Source: Camelus dromedarius (Eukaryota). Taken from it: a DNA stretch of 64,000 bases. Location of the stretch: the NCBI RefSeq assembly GCF_036321535.1, contig NC_087436.1, forward strand, positions 62,064,001 to 62,128,000, given 5' to 3'. Below, in pieces: positions 1 through 12,419 of this stretch. Under the pieces are notes generated by a model. It was not told the origin of the DNA and did no database searches. It saw only the letters and a program-made list of their open reading frames with translations. Position numbers and translations under genes: made by a program. Numbering within the stretch: position 1 is the stretch's first letter; each line of letters opens with the position of its first letter.

Positions 1-59
1 TCAGAATATTATGAAGTTTATACCCCACACACATGCCTGAAATATTAGGTCTAACAGAT

Positions 60-460
60 GAAAAAGCTTAAATAAAAATGTTAGTAAATCAAGCTGAGTG
101 CTACATTAAAATAATGATACATGATTACTTAGAATGTTTTTTTCAGCAATGAATACGAGACAGTTTAAAGTATTAAATCTATACAATTAAGCACAACAAA
201 AATTTAAAGTTGAAAGAAAACAACTTCCATTACCACCATGTTTAACAAAGTAATGAAAAGCTAAATACATGATTAGTACCAAGTTAGAAAGGCAGATCTA
301 TGGGATCAGTTAGAAAATTCAGAAATAAATACGTGTGTGTACGTTTATATGCCTTTAGTAGAGATATACAGTTAGTTTCTACTTAACAAGGAAAAGATGG
401 GTCAGTTAATAAGTAATGCAGGCTAACTATTTCTTTGAGGGAAATTAGGTGAAAGTATAG
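60..460 (+). mobile_element. Highly decayed old L1 ORF2 fragments
   Basis: Motifs such as aaaatgttagtaaatcaagctgagtgctacattaaaataatgatacatg and cagatctatgggatcagttagaaaattcagaaataaat resemble L1 ORF2 nucleotide consensus; no intact frame. Confidence 0.5.
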
Positions 461-480
461 TATCATTGCAGATCTTTTTT

Positions 481-730
481 TAATGAATTTTTTTTTTTTT
501 ACTTTTCAGTGCTTACAGATCCACAAACAGTTGTAAGAAGTAACATGAAGAGATCTCTGTACCCTTTAACTCAATCCCCCCGAAGCAATACCTTGTGAAG
601 CTATTGCACAAAATCACAACCAGAATATTGACATTGATACAATCAAGACACAGAATATTTCCATCACCACAGGGTACCTCATATTGACATTTTATCACAA
701 CACACCTTACCTCTCAAACTGACCACTCTA
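481..730 (-). mobile_element. L1 3' end fragment (L1MC/L1MD-like)
   Basis: Poly-T (reverse polyA) followed by atcacaaccagaatattgacattgatacaatcaagacacagaatatttccatcaccacaggg, typical of an antisense old L1M 3' UTR. Confidence 0.75.
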
Positions 731-983
731 TTACTTGAGTGTTTAGATTTTGTTTGTATTTATTCACAGTGGAAAAAAACTAAAATTATTTGTGGGCTGA
801 GCCTGCATGTAAATGACATACTGTAGTAGATGAGGCAAAAAGATAACTTCTAGAAAAATTAGAGTTCAAAAAATCTTACAAATCAGATTTTTGAAAAAAA
901 GATAGAGATGCTACAGGCTATATCCACATAGATTTATACATGCATACATACTACTTACACACACAGAGACATGTATGTGTGTA

Positions 984-1003
984 TACACACACACACACAC
1001 ACA
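984..1003. repeat. (CA)n microsatellite
   Basis: Direct reading. Confidence 0.9.
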
Positions 1004-1289
1004 AATAGATCTCCCCATGGCTTCATTAAGATATTATCTCAAAGAATCGCTTGGGAAGATGCGCAAGGAATTAAGTAGACATAGATGAACAGCACTGTGT
1101 TTGTGTTGCTCTGATGTAGGAATTTTATTGCAGTTAAAGTTTTAGAGCACAGAAGCCTTAGACTTACAATTGCTTTGTCGATCCCCAGGTTTTAACTTGG
1201 TTAACAACAATACCCTGATAATTTAGGGAAATGAATTGTAGTCTTTGGGGACAAGGGCAGGGTTTACAGAAGTAGATAAAATAAATCTT

Positions 1290-2300
1290 AAAGTTACCAT
1301 TAAAAAATGTGAGATAATATTCTCCTCTGCTTTCACAATATCACTCTTTTTCTGTTTCCATTATTCATATTGTTTTGCTTTCTTCTTTCAGTTTCTCTTT
1401 GAAAATCCAGGCTGCAAAGAAGTTATTTGTAAATCATCTCATTTATTTTTAGAAAATGGGATACACATTAACTTATGAGTTACAATTAAGGTATTTTAGC
1501 AATAAATCCAACTATAAAATAACTTCACTTTCATCATTCACTGATACTATTCATATTTATGTATATATTGTATACTGTTTACTTCCTTGAGTCTCACTTC
1601 AGATGTAGACATTAAGTTATGTCAGTAATCATGAAAGCTAGTATTGTAATAACAAAAGCACACACATACACACAGCTGCCCAAACACCTAACCGGACAGT
1701 AGGGCTGACATCCTGAACACAAAGGCAAGAGCTCAAAGCTGTTTTTCAGTTTTAGTCAATGTGCACGATATCCTCAAAACAAAAAACAAAAAACAAAACA
1801 AGTTGCTGAATCCACAACCTGTTTTTCAAAGGTTGGCTTAAAAGTAACTTATTCTGTTGTTATTCTCTTGTAAGTGGGACATTACATGAGGTCATGGAAA
1901 GATATCCCCATCATAGCCTCCAGAGCATAAATGCAATGAAAATTTATTCAACTTTTCTCAGAGCCGCCCTTGATTCCTATCATGTAACATCAAGGCACAA
2001 TTTGGTAATGGAAAAACTTAGTTTAAATATATGTTTGATATAATTTCACTTGTTAAGACACTGCTTAGACTTTCCACTGATGTATCCTTATCAGTGAAAA
2101 AAGGTGAGCCCCTCGGGATGAGGGCAGATGCCCAAAGAAAGACGTTTGTGTGCAAAATCTATTTGTGTACATTTTTGCATTCAAAACCACAATATTTGCA
2201 TACATTTTGGGTGAGTCATTATCAGTACTATTTCTGACAGATTTTGGAAAGAAGAGATTTTTGAAGATACATATTTTTGACAATAATCTGGCAACCACAT
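1290..2300 (-). mobile_element. Decayed hAT-type (probably Tip100 group) transposase fossil
   Basis: Manual minus-strand translation gives DKDTSVESL..TSEIISNI..FPLPNC..HD..QGRL*EKLNKFSLH (about 2095-1930) and QPGFSKRN*KKKAKQYE..DIVKAEEN..HF (about 1430-1300), in the order expected for a hAT transposase; stops present. Confidence 0.45.
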
Positions 2301-2877
2301 GGCACAACTTACTACCCTATGTCACCCCAGCCATATGCAAACACTCAACCCAAAACACCTGCATTTACTGTTACATACAAAAGGAAATATTATGATTTTG
2401 CAGATAAAAAATATGATTGAAAAGAAAAAGTTTCTTATGGTAACACACCTAATAGGAAAAAAAAAAAGCATGTCTTCTGCAAATCCATTAGACCAAATAC
2501 TCACTTCTCTACAACATAGGCAAAACAAAATTCCACAGGAGTGATCGAAAGAGACTGAATGAGTGAGAGCATGTGAGCTGGAACTTAAAATACTAAAGAA
2601 AGAGCAACTAATAATTTGAATGGAAAAAAAGAGGGAAAACATCTCACGTGGAAATAAAACTCATCAATGCCGTTGAATGAAATATTGGAAATGTTATCTG
2701 ATCTTAAGCCCAATTTTCTCTTCAGCAAAGAGAAGATTTAAACAAGAGCTCTGCCTCTAGTTGGACCTATGTATAAGCAGTGCCAACAGTACACAGTGAT
2801 ATTCTAGGGGTTATGCGGATAACATTCCTCTAAAATAGCTACTATTCTCAAAGTACTGAGAGAGATGTGTAATAGAA

Positions 2878-3700
2878 TCATTTGTTCATTTATGTATTCA
2901 TGCATCTGAAATATATTTATTAGTCATTTAATACATGCCAAGCATGGTGCTCCATCCTGGGTATAGAGCAGTGAACAAGACTAAGTCCTTATCTTCACAG
3001 AGCTTTTGTTTGTGTGTGTTTGTGAACATGCTCTCTGCTTATTGGGGGTGTGAGGAGAGGGGAAGAAATATATGATTTTGAGTCAGAAAGGGGGAAATGA
3101 CATATATTGAGTCACCAGTTCTTGGTACTGGAAAAGTATAAAAGTTTTAGACAAGTATATGACATAATCACTGATCTACTTAAGAAAGATAATTCTGTGG
3201 CCATATATCCTACAGACTCATAAGATGAGAGAATGACAAAGCTGGGTTAGGTTGTAGGCTATTATAAAAGTAAAATCACATCTTTTGAGATCTAAGGAGT
3301 AAGCTTGTTTGAGCAGCAGTGTTGTGTCAAGAGGGCGGAGAGAGAACATCTGATGTTATTTTGCAAGAATCTAGACATCAAAAGCAGTACGGATAAGGGA
3401 ATTGAGTCTAAGAGTTTGATATTAGCTACTTTATTTTTGTCTCATTCCTGGAGTAAGCCAATATGGAGTACTCCTGCATTCCCTGTGAGATTTACATCCA
3501 CAGAAACTAAGGCAGGAACAATTGTTGAGAAAGAGTCAATTAGATCATACATTCCAGAAAGACCAAGTCAGTGCACTGAGGAAGGGCTGCTAGATGTGAC
3601 AGTTACACTGTTATCAATGATGTCTAAAGCAGAAGTTCTAATAGAATTAGGATATATGCTTTGCAAAACAAAGCTTGTTTTTAATACCGCCCACCCTGTG
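2878..3700 (-). mobile_element. L2 LINE fragments (3' end plus internal pieces)
   Basis: catttgttcatttatgtattcatgc..atatttatt..tgccaagcatggtgct..cagtgaacaagac is an antisense L2 tail; L2-like internal motifs at 3140-3200 and 3550-3650. Confidence 0.7.
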
Positions 3701-4099
3701 ACTATTTCATTGCTCATCCAACCACCATCGGTTTGGGGAACATAATAGGAATTCAGAAATGATTATTTAATGAATAAGTAACGATCAAAATAAGAAAGGG
3801 TTAAGAATAAGATTAGATGTTAAAGTTGGGGGAATGAATGCAACACATAATCTCTAGAACAATTCAGTAAATAAAGATGTGATTAACTCCAAAGTATAGA
3901 TAAGTCTACAATTCTTAAAAGTTACATTATGTTAATAAAAAGCTGTTTTGGAGACTAGAAAACTTGACTATAAACATAGTCAGAGACAGTGATTGGAAGG
4001 AAACTGGGGAGAGATACAGTGTGAGAAAGGAGTAGAGAACTGAATAGAGGGCATAGGATGTAACTGTAGATAATCTTAAGAAAAAGGAGAAAAGTCTCT

Positions 4100-4430
4100 C
4101 ATTTTTTTAAAAGATTTACCTTTTTTTTTTTTTGACCTGTTTTAGATTTACAGCACAGTTGAGAGGAAGTTACAGAAGTCTCACATGTTCCCCCAGCCTC
4201 CACACACACAGAGCCTCTCCTGTTATCAACATCACTTACCAGAAAGATACATTTGTTACACTTGATGAACCTACATTGACACATCATAATCACCCCAAGT
4301 CTCTAGTTTACCCTAGGGCTCATCCTTGGTGCTGTACATTCTGTGGGTGTGGACAAAAGTCTAATGACAAGTATCCGTCATTACAATATCATAGACTATT
4401 TTCACTACCCTAAACCTCCTCTGTGCTCTG
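4100..4430 (-). mobile_element. L1MC1/L1MC2-like 3' end
   Basis: Poly-T then gatacatttgttacacttgatgaacctacattgacacatcataatcaccccaagtc..ggtgctgtacattctgtggg; same family as 29675-29935 in opposite orientation. Confidence 0.85.
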
Positions 4431-5959
4431 TTCTCTTTCCAGTGTTACACTGAATATTAAAAGATTAAGAAAGTCAAACTTTCCAAAAGGCTTTCAAATA
4501 TTTTTGATGTTGTTAAGTATTTTAGTAGAAAAGCAGACTTAGTTTCAAGGTAATCAGGCCAATCAGGCCTCAGAGCCATGTACCCAGGGAGACTGGTAAA
4601 TTTCTCTTAAGGGAAATTTTTAATGACAAGACAGATAGCCATCTGATAGACTCCATTTGTTTCGATTGCTTCTGCACGGTTGGAAAAGGTGACTTTGAGA
4701 TGGCTTCCAGCCCTACATTTTTATGATTCACTGATTCATTTAAACTGCCAGAACTAACTTTAGAATAATAATTCAAGCAAATCATAAAATTTTGGTCCCT
4801 AGGTTGCAGTCAATTTATGTGGGTTCTAATGATTCAAACAAATAGATTTTATTACAGTTATGAATACATACATTATAAAAATAGACAGTTTAAACTGTTA
4901 TACATTATTTGAACACAAATATTACATTCTTAAATTCTCATCTAGTACTACTACATGTGATTTCTAATTGTTTGCTTAACTGCCAGAGCTCTCAAATTAG
5001 GGTTCAACATTTATGAATTAATGTTTCTAGTATATGCTAAAATGTGAGAAATAGAATTGCTGTATATAGAACACATTATTTGACATATTTATTTCAGTCT
5101 CATGCTATGCCTGTTGTATTTGTGCTTGTTATTTGAATAGTTCCTTCCTTTATTTACATGTCTAGGTAATCATAAAAATGTATTTATATAGAGGTTGCAC
5201 TAACTTCTGATTTATTAAAAAGTAGATACGTGTCTTGGATTTGTTTTTGCTAGTGATTTTCAAGGCTGAAACAATAATTACTTCTATCCTTTTATAGTAT
5301 CTTTTAAAATTGTTGCTGGATGAAACCAATATTACGGTTCATTGTTCTTAATTACTTTAGGTCAATTGGTCCAGCATAACTACTTGTAATACAAAGTAGA
5401 TACACAGTATATCTCATTGTCTAACAACTTAAATCTATAGTAACATAATCATAGTAACAATTTTCAGTATAGATTTTAAAAGAAAAAGATCATGATCATT
5501 TTGTCAGTGTATTTTGCATAAATGTTCAAAAATTCATGTATGTTAAGATTAGCCAAGTATCCTGAAATGCCAGCTCAATAACAACCATTTCACCCCAGTC
5601 TGTGCTAAAATATTTGTGCCCAAAACCTGTACTGTGCAGATAGATTATACAGTATAATACTGGAGACAGAGATGAGGGATATAATAAAATGGTCCATTCC
5701 AAGCCCTTGTTCCTATTTGAAGTTTTCTCTGGCTGATCGTTGAATAACTTATTTAGCCCTACTTCATGATTATTGATACAACTCTATCTTGCTGTCTCTG
5801 CTAATGGGATTTTAAGTCTGGGACACTCAGATCTTGCCTACTACTCCTGCAAATCCTCAGAGCTTGCTTCACCTCACTCCTAACCTGCCATCTTGATATC
5901 TGAAGTCCTTTCCCTTCTAATTTATTCCCCTGGTCAGCCTAACATGTGGTAATAACACA

Positions 5960-6180
5960 CAAACAATGCTAATAAAAAATTCAAGCACTACAGAAAAGTA
6001 GAAATTTAAAAAGTCAAAGACAGTCTGTTACTTCAGTGAACACCCATAAAGTAACCACTTTTGCTTATTTGGGTTTTGAATTCTTCTGGAAGTTAAGCCC
6101 ATAACTTTAATATTATTCTTTTCTCTTTAGGCAATATCCATGCACTTTGCTTTGAAAGATGAAGATGACTTTATTTTTCA
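5960..6180 (-). mobile_element. Old L1ME/HAL1-like 3' fragment
   Basis: aaattcaagcactacagaaaagta..aagtaaccacttttg motifs typical of antisense L1ME/HAL1 tails. Confidence 0.45.
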
Positions 6181-6319
6181 TCTGTATCACTTATTAGATA
6201 TTCTAGGGGTAGGGGAAACTGAAACACAAAAAATCTGAATGATGGATAACTAACAAAAAAAAATTTTAAATGAGCTTGATTTTCTGCATATTATGGGAAA
6301 TATCCAGTAGTCAAGAATA

Positions 6320-7410
6320 AAGAGGGCTTCTGCTGAGGATACAGAAAGTGGCAGGAGAATGCAGCTCCCATTTTAACAAAAACAAATTGGAAAATCTACA
6401 AAATTATATGTTTCATCTTGAAAAGGCTGAAATAATCAAATAATCTAATGAGCCAAGTTTTAAGAAGTGACAAACCCTTCTTAGAGGGGCCAGGGCCCAG
6501 GCTGTATTACCTTTGCCAAAGCAGTAGGAAGAACAGGAAGACACCACAGAAACAGATAAAGAGCTAGACTTATAACAAATTCACTCATCCTGTGGGTTAG
6601 GTGGACAGATAGTTTTAAAGCCCAATAAACCCTGGAAATAAGGGACGTGTACCCCTATTCACTCTTTTTCATGATTTTTTTTAATGTTTGGGGTAAGGCA
6701 GGGAAACAGAGGGAAACAACCTCATAATTACAGGCACTCAGATCTTGCCTAAATCTGAAGAGAAAGAACCTAGAAACTCTAATCATTCTTGCCTTCTGCA
6801 TAAATCACTAGAAGTGGGTATGCAGTAGCTGCATCTGTCTCTGCAGGATGGGAATGAAAACTGGAAAAAAAAAAAAAAAAAAAAAAAGACATCCCCAGAC
6901 TTGCAGGCACTCAGGGCCTGCATTGGTCTGAGAGCGGAATAGAACATCTGAGAAGAATCTTTCCATACCTTGGGCCCCACGACGAGTCCCAGGAAGCAGC
7001 AGCCCTCCCCTGAGGGAGCAGGGGCACTGAAAGAACACTCCTCCGAAGAGGAGGAGGGACACAGGGTCTGCCTAAGTCTGCCGGCAAAGTCAGGACACTG
7101 GAAAATACCCTATCCGTGCCCCAGGCCCTCCGCTGAGTTTAAGTGAAGGCTACCGCAACCCCAGCGGTAACAGCAAAGGCCAGGCCTCTGAGTAACGGTC
7201 TGATCAATTCAACTTCTCCCACAGTAATTGCCTGATAGAAGCAAAGTCATCTTTTCTGTAAACAAAATTAAACTTAGTCACTACTGTACTTTTACACAAT
7301 GTCTAATACTCAATAAAAAATGACACACCCACAAAAAAAAGCCAGCACACATGACTCATTGGCAAGAGACAAAATAATCAGTAGAACCACACTCATATAT
7401 TAACTAAATC
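6320..7410 (+). mobile_element. Ancient L1 5' UTR running into ORF1 start (L1MC/L1MD-like 5' end)
   Basis: GC-richer UTR followed by cacaatgtctaatactcaataaaaaatgacacac..catgactcattggcaagagacaaaataatcagtagaaccac, matching the UTR/ORF1 junction of old L1M elements. Confidence 0.65.
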
Positions 7411-8389
7411 TTTGAAGAAAAATTAGTATCACATGGAGAAATCCCACCCATGAATAAGGGAAGGCCAAACAATACAACAAACATAATGCAAAGGCTATAG
7501 ATTTGAGCCACAGAAATAAATTAATTTTATTTGGTTGATCTTTTCCCATTGATTTTCACTTTTTCTTCTGAAGCTCCCATGGTGAGATTTCATGACTGAA
7601 ATGCCACATGTTAAATTTTTTTATATTTTTTTCCTTTTGATCTAGACTGGAAAACCTCCTAGTCTTTATCTCCCTGAACACAAACTTATTTAAAGATAAG
7701 TATTTTATTTATTTCACGCTTTATTTTCTTTTCTTTCAGGAGTATTGTTTCAAATTCCTTAAAGAAATTATTATTTGTCCATTTTAGTATAACCTGTTCT
7801 ATTTGAGTAATTGAAAAAATATATTTAATAAATCTTACCTTTTCTTCAGAATCAAAGTTCTTCTTAGTCATCTGAGTCACTAACTATATTGTTAGCTTCC
7901 CATGGTTTCTACTTACACGAATTCCTCTAGTATTTTTTTTTTTACTATTGAACACCTTAATCATATTTTAAATTTTGAGCCTTCAAAGTACATTAATAAT
8001 GCCTAGGTTCTCCAAAATACTCTCCTTGAATTTGTATGATTTACTGAAATCCTATTTCTCCCCAATAATGAAGCTTCCAAAATTACCAGCACACTTAAAT
8101 GAACAAACTTTTCCAATACATACTTAATGGAATAAAATTTTTTGAATATGTTTTAGAGTTCATTGCTTCGTTTATCTTCCATTTCTTTCTTTTAACAAGA
8201 CTATATTACAATCCGGTGACTGTTAACATAGTCTTTAACTAATGAAACATTTTACTTTTCTCTGGAAAAACCCATCCCTTTCCTTTTGCTGTAATATTTA
8301 CATACTTAATGCTCTTCCATGTTATGTATCACTATTTAACAGATTAGTCAATGCAGTATTATCAATAGTCATTGAGTTATTAAGCAGAG

Positions 8390-8560
8390 ATTGACCATCT
8401 ACTATGTTCATATCACTGTATACAGAAATTAATAGAATAGATCCTGCTTTTTGATGGATACTCTCTAGTGGGAAGACAGACATTAGAAAGGACACAAATA
8501 AATGCATGTAACGGTACTTTGTAAGTAAAGATATGAAAAAGACATAGAGTGAACTAATAT
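8390..8560 (-). mobile_element. L2 3' fragment
   Basis: ttgaccatctactatg..atcctgc..tctagtgggaagacagacatta, antisense L2 tail motifs. Confidence 0.55.
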
Positions 8561-8839
8561 AAAAATATTTTCTCTCATTTTGTCCATAATATAATCCAGT
8601 AGTTTTTCACAATGCAGTTAGCATTTTGAACAAATTTAACCACTTTCAGTAGCTCACAATTTTGTTTTTGTTATACTTGTTAATTGTAAAAGGATTTCTG
8701 GGAATTTCTCTTTTTTAATGGTGATAATATATATATCTTTGGATGTTCAGAATATGGCAAAGTATTTTATTTAGAGGAAAAACATTGTATATTTTTTCCT
8801 ATGAAATATAGTCCATAAAAATCTTATCAAATGAAAAGA

Positions 8840-9105
8840 CTGATTATACTACTTTCTATTAGAAACTAATTTAAATATAAATATATACAGAGGTTAAAAG
8901 TTTTAAAACATGGGAAAAGTTATAACATATAAAAAAAGATATAGCTAAGCATGAGATAGTAGGTGTGATTATTTTACTATCAGAAAAGTAGACTTCAGAA
9001 CAAGGAATATTTCGGGGGCAAAGAGAACATTTCATAATGTGAAGGGGGAAATCTATTAAAAATATATAGTACCCTAAATGTCTACAAACCTGGATAAAAA
9101 ATCTT
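8840..9105 (+). mobile_element. Old L1 ORF2 endonuclease-region fragment
   Basis: tatcagaaaagtagacttcagaacaaggaatatt..aaagagaacatttcataatg..ccctaaatgtctac resembles the L1 EN coding region. Confidence 0.7.
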
Positions 9106-9107
9106 TA

Positions 9108-9765
9108 TACCAAAGAAAAGGAAAAAAACTCTGTTTTCCTCTCAAAACTTTCAGAACATTTCATTTCGGACACCAGGTGCGTGGCATTTTTCCACACTAA
9201 GCAATTCTCCAATTCTTCAGACACCATGTGGGTGTCCTGCAATTCAACTCAGTACTGAATCTACCTGGAGTTGGCATCATGTCCCACAAGTTAAGGGTTC
9301 AGTCCTATAAAACCCTCTCCACTTGAGACACCAATTTCAAGTCCCAGGTTGTCACCTGAACTTATGACTGACCAGTTATAAATCAGGCCTTCTTGGCTTG
9401 ATAATTTGCAAGAATCATTCTCAAAACTCAGGGAAGCACTATGTTTACCAGTTTATTACACAGTAAAGGTTATGATAAAAGACATAGTTGAACAGCCATA
9501 TGAGGAAATATATAGGGCAAGGTCTGAAAGACTCTTGAACACAGGAGTTTGTGTTCCTCTCTCAGTAGGTGGATGTATTCACCATCCCAGAAGTTCTCCA
9601 AACCCCATACTTTAGAGATTTCTCTGGAGACTTCGTCGTACAGGCATGATTGAGTATTAACTCAGTCTCCAGCCCCTCTTCCCTCTCTGGAGGATGAGCA
9701 TGTGAGGCTGAAAATTCCAAGCATCTAATTATGGCTTGGTCTTTTCTGGCGACCAGTCTTCATTA
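9108..9765 (-). mobile_element. MER21-family LTR (partial)
   Basis: atctacctggagttggcatcatgtcccacaagttaaggg, ttgataatttgcaagaatcattctcaaaactcagggaa and ctccagcccctcttccctctctggagg..gctgaaaattccaa are characteristic MER21 blocks; reverse AATAAA near 9453. Confidence 0.8.
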
Positions 9766-9999
9766 TGAAGATTTAATTTTTAGTAAACATTTTAGAAATA
9801 ATTTTAAACATGCATTCAAAGCACATATGCCATGAAATACTAGAAATGAATGAAATAGTCAAGAAGCTTGGGTGGATCCTAAGGAAATGACTGCTTTTAA
9901 GCACTAATCCAAAGAGAGAATTCACTCATATGGAAGGGTGGCTTGTCAGCATCAGCTTTGTGTTTTATTTTTAGGATTTCCAAAATTACACAGTTGATG

Positions 10000-10362
10000 T
10001 AGGTCTACAGGGCTTTATTTGAAATTTTAAAAGCCAATAAATTCTGAAAATCTGAAGATTTTAAAAAACGACTTACCTGGCAATAAAATCTGATTTGACT
10101 TAAACTTGTTTGGTGAAAATGCCTGACCTGAACTGGCAGCAGCCTAATGATAGTTTTTATTAGTTCCTATTACTGTGAATAGTTATATGTTTCCCTGAAT
10201 ATATAATAATATGGTCACTTAAAGAATACTACCCTAGATCCAATGAAAGATATTATAAAATAGATTGCATATACATTCTTACTGCTTTTTGTACAATCTG
10301 ATAATTACTGAAATCAAAAATCCTCTGGTTTTAGTGGCTTTGAACAAGAAATTGTCAACCTG
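10000..10362 (+). mobile_element. TcMar-Tigger MITE (MER46C-like)
   Basis: Imperfect terminal inverted repeats aggtctaca.. / ..ttgtcaacctg; internal gtttggtgaaaatgcctgacctgaactg and tgtgaatagttatatgtttc. Confidence 0.7.
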
Positions 10363-10509
10363 AGCATCCTTGTGAAAATAGATTTTAAACAACATGGTTG
10401 GGTGTTCATTGAAAAGTAATGAGCCTAAACCAATGCCTGGCATGTAATATGGACCAAATTAATGTTTATTTTCGTGAACTTGAATTATTGTTCTCTAAAC
10501 GAAAAGAGT

Positions 10510-11530
10510 GTCAACTAGACATTAGATAGAACATAAACTCAACAAGCCTAAAACTGAGATGAATTCCTTCCCACTGCCAAAATAAACAAGCAGAAACTTC
10601 TCCACCTGCATCCCTTCCCATGCCAACTCACTTACTGCAAATCTAGTCTTCCACTTACTCAGATTCGAAACGTTGGTACCATACTTGATACACCAATACT
10701 CTTAATCCTAGAATACGACACATGCTAGTATCAGAAAATACTATTGGAATCTGTTGACTCTATCTACAAAATATATTCAGAACCTGACCACTTTTATTCA
10801 CCTCCATTGTTCTAAATAACAGATCTAGCTCATCTGGGTGATTGTGATACTTTATAACTGGAATGCCAATTCTGTTTGATCTTTCTCCAACCACTGTATT
10901 CTCAACGAGGTAGCTTAGTGATCTTTTTAGAACCTTATTCAAATCATGTCACTCCTCTGAAAAATTCTTGAAAAGGCTCTCAAATTACTCAGAGTAAAAG
11001 CTAGTCTGCAATAATCTTTAAGAACCTACATGATCTGTCATAACTTTCTTTCTGAAATTACCTGCTAACATCCTTTCACTCACTTAGCTCATTCCAAGCA
11101 CACAGGCCTTCATGTTCTCTCAATATGTCAGGCCTCTTCTCACCTTTCAGCCTTTTCCTGGCTGTTCCCTAACCTCTGTAACTCTCTTCCTACAGATGTT
11201 TCCATTGTAAAATTCCCCTTCTCCAGTATTTGTTCAAAGAACATCTTTATTCTCAGAGTGGATTACTATGCGCACCCAATTAGAATATCAGCCTCCCTCT
11301 TCCAATCCTAATACTCGGGATTGTACATTTTTTCATAATGTTTAGCAGCTTCTAACATAATATACAAATTCATTTCTAAAGTTAGTTTTTTATTGTCAAA
11401 GTTGCCCCATAAGATTATAAATTCACAAAGACAGGGATCATTGTTTTGTCCACTGTTGTGCCCCAAACACCTAAAACAAAGATAGGCACATAAGAATTGT
11501 CCAGTAAATATTTGCTGAATCAATGAAAGA
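10510..11530 (+). mobile_element. L2a LINE, about 1 kb 3' portion
   Basis: ctacaaaatatattcagaacctgaccactt, aatcatgtcactcctctg, ending taggcacataag..taaatatttgctgaatcaatgaa (L2 tail). Confidence 0.85.
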
Positions 11531-12419
11531 ACAATATTCAATTTTTATATTATTTAAAAAGAAAGAATTAGGACTGTACATAGGTTTTGTTTTGTTTTTT
11601 GCTACTTTCCAAGAAGCAAGTCTCACTTTCACTTATAAAGATTTTTTTTGTCCTTAATAATTGTTCATTTCCTGTACATCATTACAGTCCAATATACATT
11701 GTCCAGAACTGAGAGAAGACTGAAGGAGAGCAATTGCAAATATAGACAATACATTGCATCATCTCCCAACATAGAGGATGTGAAGTAGCTTAAGTATGAC
11801 TCGTTGTTTCTTGTTTCCTTTATTGTTTGTTTTTCCAAACCAAAGTGTTTTCAACTTAGATCTGCATGGTTGATAAAGATAAAATGGTAACATTTATACC
11901 ATTAGGAGGTTAGGAGAGTGTGGAGTTTTCCTGGAAAATCAAAATCAATCACTTCAATACTTTTAGTATAATTTAGAAATGATTTAAAAGGATTAAAACA
12001 CAACTGCTGAAACTCATAGTTTTCCAAAACCCAAATTACAGCTCTAGAAATAAAGATGAAAAACATTTGCTTTTTATAATATCCTAGTTAATATTTGTTG
12101 CTAGTATAGAATGTCCTTTTGAGAGGAATGAACACTGGCTTATACCTATTCTAGCTTAACAAGTTACTTGATGACAGATTTTTATACCAAATCTTAACAA
12201 AATTTGTAATGCATAAGAATATAATGAATACAATTTGACAATTCATATTTCCCATATGACTAAAAATCATATTGTAGTTTTCATATTAAAGCTGGTGTGA
12301 TTAATTTTATGAAGTCCATAAAATTTACAAATATAACAATAGTAAATAAATAATAAGAAACACTAATATTTTATATATAGTTTTATTTCTGTTTCAATGA
12401 AATAGCTGCAACTCTAAGA

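Noticed and set aside
3305..3745. 146-aa ORF
   Set aside because: Overlaps decayed antisense L2; TTG start; no recognisable domain
7500..8300. Possible decayed coding remnant on the minus strand
   Set aside because: A-rich strand bias only; no protein motif recovered by manual translation
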